In this document: positions 35,409-57,181 of the stretch, in pieces
Layout: each line of letters begins with the position of its first letter
How positions within the stretch are numbered: the stretch's first letter is position 1
Assembly (NCBI GenBank): GCA_033442325.1
Contig: JAWQFM010000017.1
Location: 313,271-377,270 of the forward strand
Reading direction: 5' to 3'
DNA length: 64,000 bases
DNA from: Salpingoeca rosetta
Taxonomy: Eukaryota > Protista > Choanoflagellata
Notes under the pieces: model-generated
The model's database searches: none
What the model was told of the DNA's origin: nothing
The model's input: the letters and a program-made list of their open reading frames with translations, nothing else
Made by a program: the position numbers and the translations under genes

Positions 35409-37947
35409 ATGCCGCCGAAAAGGATCCCGCTGTCGTGCGTGGGCCACACGCGCCCCGTGCTGCAGCTCGCATACAGCGGCATGACACCGGACGGCATCTT
35501 CCTCGTCTCCGCCAGCAAAGGTGTGCTTGCAGGCAGGCAACGAACTAACTCCCTGGGTTGTGTGGGGTTGCGAGTCTTGATTGTTGGAGCTGCTGCTCTC
35601 CTTCCCTCAACCCCGCGAATCTGTTGACATGTGGGGCTTTTTTGCTTGTTGTCGTCGTCTGCCGTGCCTGAGATCCACCGACTCGTTTCACGGTCACTGT
35701 CACCCACTTAACAGCATTACATGACCACACAATCCCTGGCGGTTCACTGCTTTGCTTGTGTTGTTGGCAGACGGCAAGCCCATGCTGAGGAACGGGCAGA
35801 CTGGCGATTGGATCGGCACCTTCGAGGACCACGATGGCGCTGTGTGGGGCGTTGACATTGATGTCATGGGACAGCGCGTCATGACCGGATCCGCCGACTT
35901 TTCTGCGTGCGTCCTGAGAACCAACAAGCAAATCCAAATCACATCCCGCCACCCACCAAACAGCCCTCGCGTGCATTCATGCCCTGCAATGGCATGCCCA
36001 TGACTGCATGCAAGCAGGGTTAACATCCTGCTTGCCGCTTCATCTCACGTCTTTTTGTTCACAACACGACACGCAACAGGAAGCTGTTTGACGCCACGCG
36101 TGGTCAAGTCATCCAAACTCTGCAGCACCCACACATCGTCAAGGCCGTCTCCCTCTCTCCGGTAACCGTCCTGCTGTGACTGTGATCGGGCTGTGTTTGT
36201 TTTTTCGGTGCAACCTTGTGCTGAAGTGTCGGTGCCTTGAATGTCTTGCATTTTTTTTCCTTTGCGACGGTGGTTGAAACTGCTCTTGACTCTTCGGGTT
36301 CTTCGCTTTCTTCCCGTTGCTTGCTTGCATGCACATGATGCAGGATGTCAACTTGGTGGCGACAGCATGTGGAGACAAGAAGGTTCGCCTCTTTGACCTT
36401 CGCGCAAACCAAGACGGTGAGCATATTTGTTTTTGTGCTTTGTGGTTGTGCAGTGCGGGCTCTTGCGTTGCGGCCGTAACGGTCCTGCATCTTGTCACTA
36501 TGAATGCCGCAATCCATAACTCTCAGCCACCCGCGCTCACACCGCCCCCGCCCTATACTCACTGTTGCCTTGTTGCGTGCTCGTCGTTTGGTGCAGGCCA
36601 CGTTATTTCAACACACGACCAAGTGATCAACCGCGTGCTGTTCACGGCTGACGGAAACCACATCCTGAGCGGCGGCGAAGATGGCATCATCAGGTGAAGC
36701 AAGCAAGCAAGCATAATTCGAGTTTCAGATGTGGTGTGTGTGTGTATGTCTGTCAGTGTATGTTGGAGCGGTGCTCGTGGGAACATCGAGGGTCAGTTAG
36801 GCATGTGTGTAGACTTGTGGGGGTGGTTTGATTTTGCTGTAAGCTTGGAAGTTCGCTCACAGCACTTCTTCCATCTGCCGACCTCGTGCCACACTGTGAC
36901 TTGCAGAACATATGACCGCACCAACAGTGCGGAGATGAACACAATGATTGGGGATCCAATTAAGGACTTGTGCCGCAAAGCAGAGTAAGGCCTGCTTGCC
37001 GAAAAGCGTTGACAGCAACATCAACATTGTCTGCCCTGTCAAACGACTGAACGACATATCTGTATTGCTGTCTTGCTGTATTGCCATGTTGGTTTACTCC
37101 TTTGATCGTTGTCTCAACTCAACCCTCTCGCACGCACATTGTCCTGTCCCTCTTCACACCTGCAGCGGGCGTATTCTCGCCAGCTGCTCCTCCAGCATCA
37201 AGCGCCTCGACATCACAGGGTGAGCATGTGGGCGTGGAGCATGGAGCGCGGTGCGTTTCAGTGCACAAGGGTGCTCTTAATTCGAAACATCACCAACACG
37301 ATAGAGGCTTGCTGTTGTGCTGTTCACACCTCACACACACACACACACACGCACGCACACACACACACACACACACGCGCGCGCGAACGTGGCAGCACGA
37401 GCGTTGAGCACACAGTACAGGTACCGACACCCGTTTACACAGCAGCTGCGCATCATGCCGAGGATATGCTCGTGTGGGGCGGAGAAGACCAGCTTGTCCA
37501 TGTCTGCACTGAAGACGGCGCGGTGCAAGGTGAGCTTGTCGCGGTGCGTGCGTGCGTGCGTGTGTGTGTGTGTGCTTGTGTGTGTGTGTGTGTCTGTGTG
37601 TGTGCTTGTGTGGGGAACGCAGTGCGATCCCGGGCTTGCTGTCTTTTCCAATGTGCCTCTGCTTCTCTTCCTTGCATATTCGTTTCGCTCAGATACACAC
37701 ACACAACACATTCACATCACATTCAGACGAGTTGAACAAGCATTTTGGGGCGGTGCATTGCGTGCGGTTTTCACCCGACGGGCAGTCGTTTTCGTCGTGT
37801 TCGGAGGATGGCACACTTCTTCTGTGGCAGGTGCATCCTGGCGAGGAGTATGGTCTCTGGCGTGCACAGACAGACGACGACGACAGCAGCGCCACCACCA
37901 CAGGCACACCCGCGCCACCACCAAACCACACTGTCGCCACCCAGTGA
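35409..37947 (+). CDS. STRAP: STRAP/UNRIP WD40 protein
   Basis: [25 protein letters not shown]|[26 protein letters not shown] and [30 protein letters not shown] are characteristic of STRAP. Confidence 0.93.
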
Positions 37948-38071
37948 CACTGCAAGTTGTGACGTTTGTCGAATGATGCACATAAATTTCCACCCATTGC
38001 GGAAGAAGAGACAGGAGAGAGGAGAAGAGCCGCGAAAACACACACACACACACACGACACACACGCACAGG

Positions 38072-39485
38072 ATGTCATCGAGGAAGCTGCTGGAGAGCGT
38101 CTCAAGAGAGGTGTGTGTGTGTGTGTGTGCGTACACGCGTGTTGAGTTGTCGAGAAGCGTCGTTTGTGTGTGACAAGTTGTTGTTGTTGTTGCCCTTGTC
38201 TCATCATCATGGGCATGTACCACGTGTCACGTGTGTGTGCACGTGCAGGCGCTGATCAAGCGGTGCCTTGATCTGGAACAAGCGCTTCTCCGTAACAAGC
38301 TGACGCTGCCGCCGATTGCCAACGTTGCCCGCAAGTCTGGCAAGAAGTCCAAACCCCAGAAGCCATTTGACTTTTCCAGGTGAGACATTGCTCTTGCGTT
38401 GGAGAAGAGAGGACGCGCATTTCACGTGACCTGATGATACTTTCACACACACGAAACCTTGCGTCTCTCTCACACTCACTCACTCACTCACACACGAAAC
38501 CTTGCGTCTCTCTCACTCACCCACCCACTCACTCACTCACTCACTCACTCACTCACTCACTCACTCACTCAAACGTATATACTCTCGCACATCCACATAC
38601 CGACTGTGCAGGTACAGCAAAAGGAAGATTGCGCTTAAAGTTGCCTACCTCGGCGAGAAGTACCATGGGCTTGCAATCCAAATCTCCGCACCCGACACGA
38701 TTGAGGCCCACCTCTTTGAAGCGCTCGAGAAGTCAAAGCTGGTTGAGGACATCAAGACTGCCGACTACTCCAGATGCGGCCGCACAGACAAGGGCGTCAG
38801 CGCATACTGCCAGGTCTGCACCTTTGTGCGTGTGAATGTGTACGTGCGTGTGTGCGAGTGTGCGAGTGTGTGTGCTTTGTGTGTGTATGTGTGTGTGTGT
38901 GTATGTGTGTGTGTGTGTGCGTGTGTGTGTGAATGTGCACGTGCGTGTGCGTGCGTGAGCGAGCGAGTTTTACAAGTGTGCAGAAAGACACCTCTGTGGG
39001 GTGCCTTAAGGGTTGGCCTTTTCTGCTTGCGAATCCTTATCACTGCATTAACGGTGCGTGATAGGTGGTGTCTCTGGTTGTTCGGAGCAACCTGAACGAG
39101 TGCCGCGGCTTCATCTCAAAGCCATCAGTTGAGCCAGCAAAGAAGAAGGCAAAAGGTAGGCGGTGTGGTGGGAGTGTGTGCATGCATGTGTGGACGTGTG
39201 AATGCATGTGCGCATGTGGGAATGAATGTGCTTGTGTGAAGCACGCGTGCTTGCTAAGAATGAGTGCCTACGTCAAACCAACATCTCCCTGTTATCGTCT
39301 CTCGTTGTGCCTGCAAGCAACGGTTGACGAGCTCGATTACACGAAGATCCTTAACGGGCTCCTCCCGCCCGAAATCCGCGTCGTCGACTGGGGCGCCGTC
39401 GACACAGACTTTAGCGCAAGGTGGCACGATGAGGGGCATTGGTCATTGGGAGTGGTCGCGGGGAGAGCACGTGTTGCATGTTACA

Positions 39486-39552
<67 letters not shown>

Positions 39553-40082
39553 CATTCCCGACTGGTTTTGTGTTCGTCACCACGGCAATCACTCAGCTGT
39601 TGTTGAGCACGCCACCAAGGTAACCATCATCTCACAGCGACGCACCCTCGTTCCATCTCTCCTCTCATCCATCTACCCGGGCAGGTTCAGCTGCAACGCC
39701 CGCCACTACAAATACTTTTTCCATCGGGCCAACATGGACACGGCGGTGAGCGCATGACATGTGCGATGCATGCTTCTTTTCATGCCACTCATGCGTCTGT
39801 CTGTTGCGCACATGTGCGTGTGTATGTGTGTGTCTGCGCGCGTGCGTGCATGCGTGCATGCATGTGTGTGTGTGTATAGCCTTACTTCCCTTTGTTCTCA
39901 CAAGACAACGATCACACCACCGCCACCGCTACCACCACCGCTGCTGCTGCTGCTGCTGCTGCCCGGTGCACAGGCGATGCAGGCCGCCTGCGATCATCTC
40001 GTCGGCGAACACGACTTTCGCAACTTCTGCAAGGTGTGCATGTGTATGTTTGTGTGCATGTGCATGTGTGTGTGCGTGCGTG

Positions 40083-40114
<32 letters not shown>

Positions 40115-40574
40115 TGTGAGGCACTGTACCGCTGTTTGACACGGAGAGCATTCATTTCACGCCACACTGCACTCTGCACGTCAGGCCGATGTGGCTGGCG
40201 GCGTGACGAATTTCGTGCGGACGATCAAAGAGGCGCGCGTGTGTCCAGCGGAGATTGGCGACGCATCCGTGCACAGGTGACGATAATGATGATGATGGTG
40301 ATGATGACGACGACGATGATGATGATGATGATGGTGATGATGGTGATGGTCACCGTGCTCGTTCTGCAGCTCATGGTGTACACGTGCGTGCGTGTGTGCG
40401 ACAATATGTTCAGCTCCGACGGCGACTTTGATCTGTGGGAATTCAACATCATCGGCCATGCCTTCCTCTGGCACCAGGTCGGTTGGCGGAGGACCAAACT
40501 CACTCTTCGCATGCCTGTGTGTAACGTGGAATAGCTCTGGTCTTACTCAGTAATTACATCCCCTCACACACACA

Positions 40575-40643
<69 letters not shown>

Positions 40644-40903
40644 CCTACCTCTGTGCGCAGGTTCGGTGCATGATGGCGGTGTTGTTTATGGTTGGACGCG
40701 GCGATGAGCAGCCCGGGATGGTCAGACACCTCCTCAACATCGACGAGTGCACACACAAACCCCAATACGTGATGGCCAGCGAGCTCCCGGTATGGGTCAC
40801 GAAGAGGCAGAGATTGGGTGGGGGGGGGGAAGAAGTTTGATGGTTGTTGTGCGTGCGTGCGTGTGTTGTGGTGTGTGTGTTGTGGTGTGTTGTGGTGTGT
40901 TGT

Positions 40904-40979
<76 letters not shown>

Positions 40980-41872
40980 CGTATGTGTGCGTATGTGTGC
41001 GTATGTGTGTGTGTGTGTGCGTGTAAGTGTGGATGTATATGTGTTTTTTTTTTGTTTTGTCGCATGCTGACCTGATTCCGGCACAATCACCACCGCCACC
41101 ACCACCACGTGCATTGCAGCTGGTGTTGTACGATTGCAAGTTTGATGGCATCGACTGGAGCGGCAACGACGAGCAGCACGCCGCGCGCATACACACGCAC
41201 TGGCGCTCCCTCTGGCAGACAAACTCAATCAGGTGTGTGTGTGTGTGTGTACGTATGTGTGTACGCATGTGTGCGTGCCATGATGGGTTAGCGCGTACAG
41301 CGTCACATTGTGTATTGTGGTTGCATTCAACGTCCCATGCTGCATGGCAGTAGTTCTGTGCTCACACCACCACTGGCACCAACAGGAATGCGCTGCTTCG
41401 CTGCTTCATGACGGCTTTTGGGCACACCGGTGTCCGCCAATACGAGGGCAAGGTACAGTGATAGTGCAACGAGCACAAAGGCAGTGCATGCGGCCTTGAT
41501 GATGCCGTGTTTGGTTGTTCGGACGTGCCGGGAGCGGTGTCATGCAACGTCCAGACTCACCATTGCTGTCATCATCTCCACCACTAACCATCATCTGCAC
41601 CACTACCACCATCACCACCGCCACCATGACCATCACGACCACCATGACGATCACGACCACAACAACCACGATTCAACAGGCGTTCTCGGAATGTGCGGAT
41701 GAGGTGCAGTGGCCAGCGGATCCAAAGCACCGGCCCCTCATGCAGCGCCAGCGCGAAGGTCAGATGCCGCCCAGGGGGGGGGGGAGTTGTGTGCAGATGC
41801 ACAGACAGAGGTAGAGGCAGAGACAGAGACAGAGACAGAGGCAGAGACAGACACACACACAGACAGACAGAC

Positions 41873-41913
<41 letters not shown>

Positions 41914-42138
41914 CACACACAGACACACACACACACATCAGCATTACGTCTCACCTCCCCTTGTCCGCACTGCACATTCCCCGCAGAATCGATTGCCGAG
42001 CGAATGGCGAAAGTTGAAGCGAAAAAGCAAAAGGAGGAGGAAGAACAGGGCACGGCTGCCGATGCTGCCGATGACGATGATGGTGATGATGATGGTGATG
42101 GTGATGGCGATCATGGTGCAGCTGATAAGACTGCATGA
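38072..42138 (+). CDS. PUS3: tRNA pseudouridine(38/39) synthase (TruA family, PUS3/Deg1)
   Basis: KPFDFS|RYSKRKIALKVAYLG..YSRCGRTDKGVSA; LNGLLPPEIRV..FSARFSCNARHYKYFF; GEHDFRNFCK; GHAFLWHQVRCMM; KPQYVMASELP|LVLYDC. The start codon is slightly uncertain. Confidence 0.92.
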
Positions 42139-42568
42139 GACCCGGACCAGCTCTCGCCCCCCCCTCTCCTCTCTCTGATACATGTGCACACATGCACAAG
42201 CATCTGCTCCTGACTCTGTGATCAGATGTATGTACTTGGTCACACACGCGCACAATTAATGCTGGTGACAGGCATGACAACGACGACGACAATGGTGATG
42301 ACGACGATGATGGTGGTGGTGATGGCGGTGGTGACGGTGATAGGGTGCAGGCAGCTTAGAGTCGTGTGGTTGCAAGTAACGATAAAGCAAAACCCCCTTT
42401 GGTCAAGGAAATCATTCTGCATGACACTTGTGCGTGCGTGCATACTTGTGCGTTGCGTTTGTGTGTGTGTGTGTGCATGAGTGTGTGCATGAGTGTGTGC
42501 GTGTGTGCGTGGGTTGGAAATGGGAGAGGGATAATTGATGGATGATGGGTGAGATGTGACTGTGCTGG

Positions 42569-43901
42569 TTACTTCTTGGCCGCTTCTTGGGTCTGTTGAC
42601 TCCCAAGGTTTGCTTGCTCCTGTTGGTGACAAAGCGTTCACGATACGGGATGTGAGCAACTTGAGTCATCAACAAGTTGGCGCCCGTTACAGCAACTACA
42701 CGCGAAGATATCATCCCCTTTGCTTCATCTTACAATGCCACCACACGCATGCACGCATGCACGCACCCCCCCCCCAACACACGCACCTTTTGCTTCCAGA
42801 ATTCGCTCATGAAGCGGGTGAGTTCTGTTGTCTCCTTTGGTCTGTGCAGCACCGTCGGCGGCTTCTTCATGTCCTGGCACAACACAACACATGCACAGTG
42901 AGGATGGGGCACGTTCTGCACGCAGAGAGGCAGAGAGACAGAGAGACAGGCAGGCAGACACACGCACACGCACACGCACACACTCACACACACACAGACA
43001 ATACATACACGCACTCACATGCACATGATCTCTGCACCTGCAAGTACGAAACGACAAGCAACTGCAAACACCAAGCTGACTGTATTGTATGTGCAAGCCC
43101 ATTCATCGCACTCCGCCTGGCAACACTTACATCGTCCTCAATGTCCCAACCATATTCTTGTGAGCTGGTCATGGGCATGGAGTATTTTTGCTTCGGCGTC
43201 TGCTTGCCCTTCTGCAAGGTTGTGAGCAGCGACGATTGTGTTTGCTCGGAGAACTCTGCTGGCACTGTCCTGTTGGGCTTATCTGCAAGGCACAGCGGCT
43301 TCCCGTGTGGGTTGACTGTGTAGCTGAGGGTTACAAGTCGCACAGTGTGAGAGGCGTGTAAGTGAGAGACGGGTGTGTATGTGTGTGTGTGTGAGGCGCG
43401 CGCGCGCGCGCGCGTGTGTGTGTGGTATCTTGATGATGTGGTGTCTCCCTTGCAAATCAAAAACGCAGACGCATGACAACATTGCAACGCACACACACAC
43501 ACATCACATCACATACTTTGTGAAGAGTTTCTGGTTACGGTGCTCCTTCTTGATGGTCTCAACTGTCAGCAGCGCATCACAAATGAGGAGAGGGGGGTGA
43601 GGGAGAGTGCATGGATGAGAATTGATTGGGATGAGAGTGGTGATGAGAGAGAGAGTGTGTGTGTGTCTCGCCAAGCGCCGGCAAGCAGCATCTTTCTCCA
43701 ACACAGACAGACAGACAGGCAGACAGATGGACAAGCACACATACATACATACAGACACATGGACACACACATACACACACACACACACACATACACACAC
43801 ACACACACACAGACAGACAGACAGACACACATACCCATGATGGCGTTCTGGTGCACCACGTTGGGAGGCGGCTTGCTGCTGGCTTGTCCCTTGTCACCCA
43901 T
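42569..43901 (-). CDS. CFAP144: FAM183/CFAP144-like ciliary protein
   Basis: VHQNAIM|VETIKKEHRNQKLFTK|YTVNP..KP; TPKQKYSMPMTSSQEYGW; ELTRFMSEFW. This matches the FAM183 pattern VHQN.I..E...KE.R.QKL.T.Y.VNP..KY....T.NQE.GW. Confidence 0.8.
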
Positions 43902-44129
43902 GATGCTGTTGTGCTGCGCTGTCTTGTTTTGTTGTTGAGGGCCTTCGTTTCCAATCCTATAAATGGGACACATGGCCTTTTAAAAGCACGTACTATTTCT
44001 TCACACACACGCACACACACCGCACACGATTAGAGCAGCAGGTGTCATTCCCCCCAATGCTGTTGTTGTTGATTACAGCAACCCCCTGAACTCCTCCTTC
44101 CATCATCTCTTCATCGTCTCAACGCGACA

Positions 44130-49206
<5,077 letters not shown>

Positions 49207-49978
49207 GCACCAGCAGAACTGTGTGAGTGTGAGTGCGTGTGTCGCAGCCGCCCTCATACCCACCCCTGTCACCCTTCTCTCTACAGTGTGTTGCTTGTTG
49301 AGTGTGTCGAGCGTATTTGTAACACACCTCTTTTATGTGTGCGTCTGCGTGCCTTTGTATGTCCGCCATCATGGCAAAATTAGAAGCGTGCTTTTGACGT
49401 TGTTGGTATCTACGATTTCATTCATTGTGAAAGGCGAAGCGACAGGCTACGACAAGCACAAGCGAGGGACAAGAGAGAACAAACGAGCAAAAGAAGAAGA
49501 AGAAGAAGAAGGGAGTGAGGAGGAAGGAAGGCAGGTTGCTGCGGCATGTACAATCACAGCAACACAGAGGGAGTGAAACGTGTGCTTGTTGGTGATGTTG
49601 TTTGTCTGGCACGCCATCACACACACAAAGGAGACAGGCATGAAAGCAATGCAAACGGACAGAGGAGGAGGAGGAGATGGAGCAGGGTGGGAAGAAGAGC
49701 AGGACGGCACAAGGGAAGACAAGGTCTCGTGAACGTGCCTCCATATCTGCTGAGCAGCAACAGCACGTCAACAACGCCAGAGGAAGGACACAATATCCAT
49801 ACACAGCTGAAGAGAAACAAGGGCAACATGCAGTGCGTGAAGCTGGCAACAACAAAAGGAGAGTTTCGCGAGATTCTTGTTGTGTGTCAAATCATTGCAA
49901 TGATAAAGAAGGGGAGCGATTGTGTGTGCGTGTGCAAGGGGTGGGAGAGGGGTTCTTGTAGTGGTGGCACTGATCAGC

Positions 49979-51432
49979 TTAGAAGTCATCGTCGTCGTCG
50001 ATGGGGAGCGGCGCTTGCTGGGCCTCCTGCAGCTCACGCTCGGCCTGGGCAACAGCGGCAGCATCCATCGCAACCTACAAGCAACAAGCAGCACCCAGCA
50101 CGAACGTGAGCAGCGGCTATGAAGAGCAGGGCAGCGAGAAAACGAAGAACGCACAAGGACTGCTTGATGCAAAGCTGCCAACAACACAGACAAAATACCC
50201 GACTGACACGCATACGCGCACAGATACATGCACTACACACACCCACCCACACGCACACCCACACCCACACACCCACAAGCAGACGTCGTACCTCGGGAGG
50301 GGCGAGCGCAGGCATTGCCTCAAACTCGAGGTCGGGCTGGCCGGAGAGACGGCGCGCGAGCCAGAGGAAGGGCTTCTCGTAGTTGTAGTTGCTCTTGGCG
50401 GAGATGTCGTAGTACTGCAGGTTCTTCTTGCGGTGGAAGGTGATCTGCTTGGGCTTCACGCGGCGCTCCTTGGACAGGTCGACCTTGTTACCGCACAGGA
50501 CCATGGGGATGTTGTCGCACACGCGGACAAGGTCACGGTGCCACGTGGGAACGTTGCTGTATGTGATACGGGCCGTCACGTCAAACATGATGATGGCGCA
50601 CTGCGTGTGACAAAGCAGGCAAGGGAAAGAGGGAGGAAGAGAAAAAACATGAGGGTGAGAAGTTGGTGGCACGAAGAACAGGAAGAACAGGAAGAAGCTG
50701 GTGAAATCACCATGTATGATGCGTGCTGAGTGAAGAGGAGCATGACAGCCCGCCCCCATCATCAACGCGGGAGCTTATGCACATTGGTGTGCGCCCACGC
50801 GCACATAGACAAAGCCACACAAACACACAGGCACAGGCACGCACGAACGTTCGCATATGACAAGGTTGCAAACTCACGTTGCCGTTGATGTAGTAGCCGT
50901 CACGGAGGCCACCAAACTTCTCCTGGCCGGCCGTGTCCCAGACATCGAAGCAGATGGGGCCGTGGTTTGTGTTGAACATGAGAGGGTGCACATCGACACC
51001 GAGGGTGGCTGTCAAAAGCAAAGCAAAGCAAGCAAAGGTGGACGGGGAAGGAAGGAAGACGTAACGTAGGGAGGAAAGGGAAGGAAGGGAAGGAAGGAAG
51101 ACATAACACGTGACAGGGTGTGGATGAGAGCACACAAAAGTCATGTGAGTTGGTGAGATGAACAAAAGTAGTTGAAAAGCAGGCACAAAAGGAGCAGGCA
51201 AGCAGAAGCACTCGCAAGCAAGCAAGCGAGCGAGCGAGCAAGCAGAAAAGCATGCATGCTGGCAGAAGCTGGGCGGATGACGTACCGACGTATTTCTTCT
51301 CAAACTCGCCAGTGATGTGGCGCTTGACGAAGGTGGTCTTGCCGGTACCACCATCACCAACAAGCACGAGCTTGTTGTGCAAAATCAATGGGTAAAACCG
51401 CAAGGCAACCAAGGTGAGTGAGAGTGGTTGTG

Positions 51433-51470
<38 letters not shown>

Positions 51471-51697
51471 GAGAAAACAACAAGCAAGTCAGCAAGTGTA
51501 CGCCGTATCCTGTGATGATGATAATGATGTGTGTCGTTCGCGCGGTTTCACGAGGGCGGTCGTCGTGACAGTGGTTGACTCACACAAGACCGCCCACGCA
51601 ACAAACCACAAACAGTGTCGCTCTCGCTATCTCCCTTTCGTTTGTCTACCTTGAAGCGGGGGCCCGTGAACTCCTGTGCAGACATTTGTTGTGCCAT
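49979..51697 (-). CDS. RAN: Ran GTPase
   Basis: FK|[28 protein letters not shown]|[28 protein letters not shown]; CGNKVD; [19 protein letters not shown]; acidic tail [10 protein letters not shown]. Confidence 0.97.
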
Positions 51698-52265
51698 GGC
51701 GAGGGTTGCCTTTTGCGAGGTCAGGGAGGGTCGGGGAGAAGACGCGGGAACTCGGTCGCAGTCGTATGCAGAGGCAGGCGGAGGATGCAGTGACGCACGC
51801 AGAAGAAGAAGACAGGCAGTGAGGAAATGAAAGTTTGCAAGCAAGAGGGAGGAAGGAAGGAAACCACACACACGAGGTTTTGGCCGTTTTTCCGGTTCTT
51901 GGCTGTTACACCTGCAGACTTTCCAAACCGGTTTTTTCGAGCTGTCAAGTTTGGCAGCAAACGTCACAGCCGTATAAAACACCACAAAATGTATTCATCT
52001 GACTGGCTGGCTGGCCAACCAAAGCAAGCAAGCAACAAGAGCGACCACGACGACGACGACTGTCGTGTCATCCACACAGCCACCCAAATAAGAGCACATC
52101 CACGCTCATAGACACACACCCATAATCACACACATCTGCATCCACATCCACACACGCACAGAGACATCGATCGGTTTTTATCCACAGCAAGCCCAAGTGC
52201 ATACAAGCAAGCAATCAAGCAAACCAGCCAGCTAACAACCAGTTGAGGCTGTCATTACAACACAC

Positions 52266-55822
<3,557 letters not shown>

Positions 55823-56183
55823 ATCACAGGGACCGGGGGGGTGGTGATGGTGGTGGTGGTGGTGGGCAAAGCGCATCTGGGTACAGTGACAGGCCACGAG
55901 GAGGGACGATGTATGCGCGTGTGTACGCGTGTACGTATGTGTGCGTGTTTGTGCGTGTTTGTGAATGATTGCTGCTACTGAAGTTGTGATGCTACTGCTG
56001 GTGAATTGTGGCTGTTGGTGTTGTGTGTGTGTGAATGAAATCCGCGCATGAAGAGAGAGACAGAGAGACGTAACAGGGAAGAAGGGAGGGAGTGCGTGCG
56101 AGAGAGAGACAGAGAGAGACAGACAGAGACTTACAATCAGCACACACGGGATACACATCTACACATTCATAGATGCAAACACA

Positions 56184-56264
<81 letters not shown>

Positions 56265-57181
56265 CCCGACACACACACACAGACACACACACAGACACAC
56301 AGACACTGAGACACGAATTCAAACCATCCCCGCGACATCGCCCCGACCCCACAACACACACACACACACACACTGCAACGGCAACGCCAACAGCAACCGA
56401 CCAATCAGGTCCCGCATTGCTGTCAACGACATGACATCCCAACGAATAATGACGAATGTTTTACTCTATATTTCGGCAACGCGCATGACGAGAGTTTTCC
56501 CTGTCGTTGTTTTTTTTTTCTTGGCACCGCCCACTCTCTCAAGAAGGCGGAAGGAGGCGGAGACGAACGAAGACGAGGTTTGAGACCACCCACCCCCTGC
56601 ACCACACGCGCGCACACGCACGCCAACAACAAAGAAGGACGCCTGGCCTTGGTCGCTTGCCTTGCTTGCTCGCTTGGTTGGTGTTGTGCCTCGCCCACAC
56701 AACAAGAACAACACGAACAACGCATCACACACACTCTCCCTCCCTCACACATACTCTTTCAATCTCTCCGTTGTGGGTGTCGTCACACACACGTCGATCC
56801 GTGTGCCTGTGTGTCTGTGACACCTTTCAAGCTCTCCTCACAGTGCAGCATCCAAGACTCACATTGATTCCCCCCTCCCCCAATTCTCTTCATTGCGTAT
56901 CTTTCAATTGTCCTTCTCCCTCTGCTATAGCACCCCCCTCCTCCTCGTTACACAACCCACTGCGAGCGTCACTCGTCCTCTCTCTTTGCCTCTTGTGTAA
57001 CCCCCCTTCCACATATCTCTTCATCCACCCACCTCTTCTTTTCCTCAGTGCATCGCAAGCGCATGGCGTGGCTGAGATCTGCACCCTCTTTGTAACAGAT
57101 CCGGTTTTGGGTGTCACGCGGGTGCGGGAAACCAGGGTGCAAGTGGACCTGAAGCCACGCCTCCCTCCCACACGCCACGTG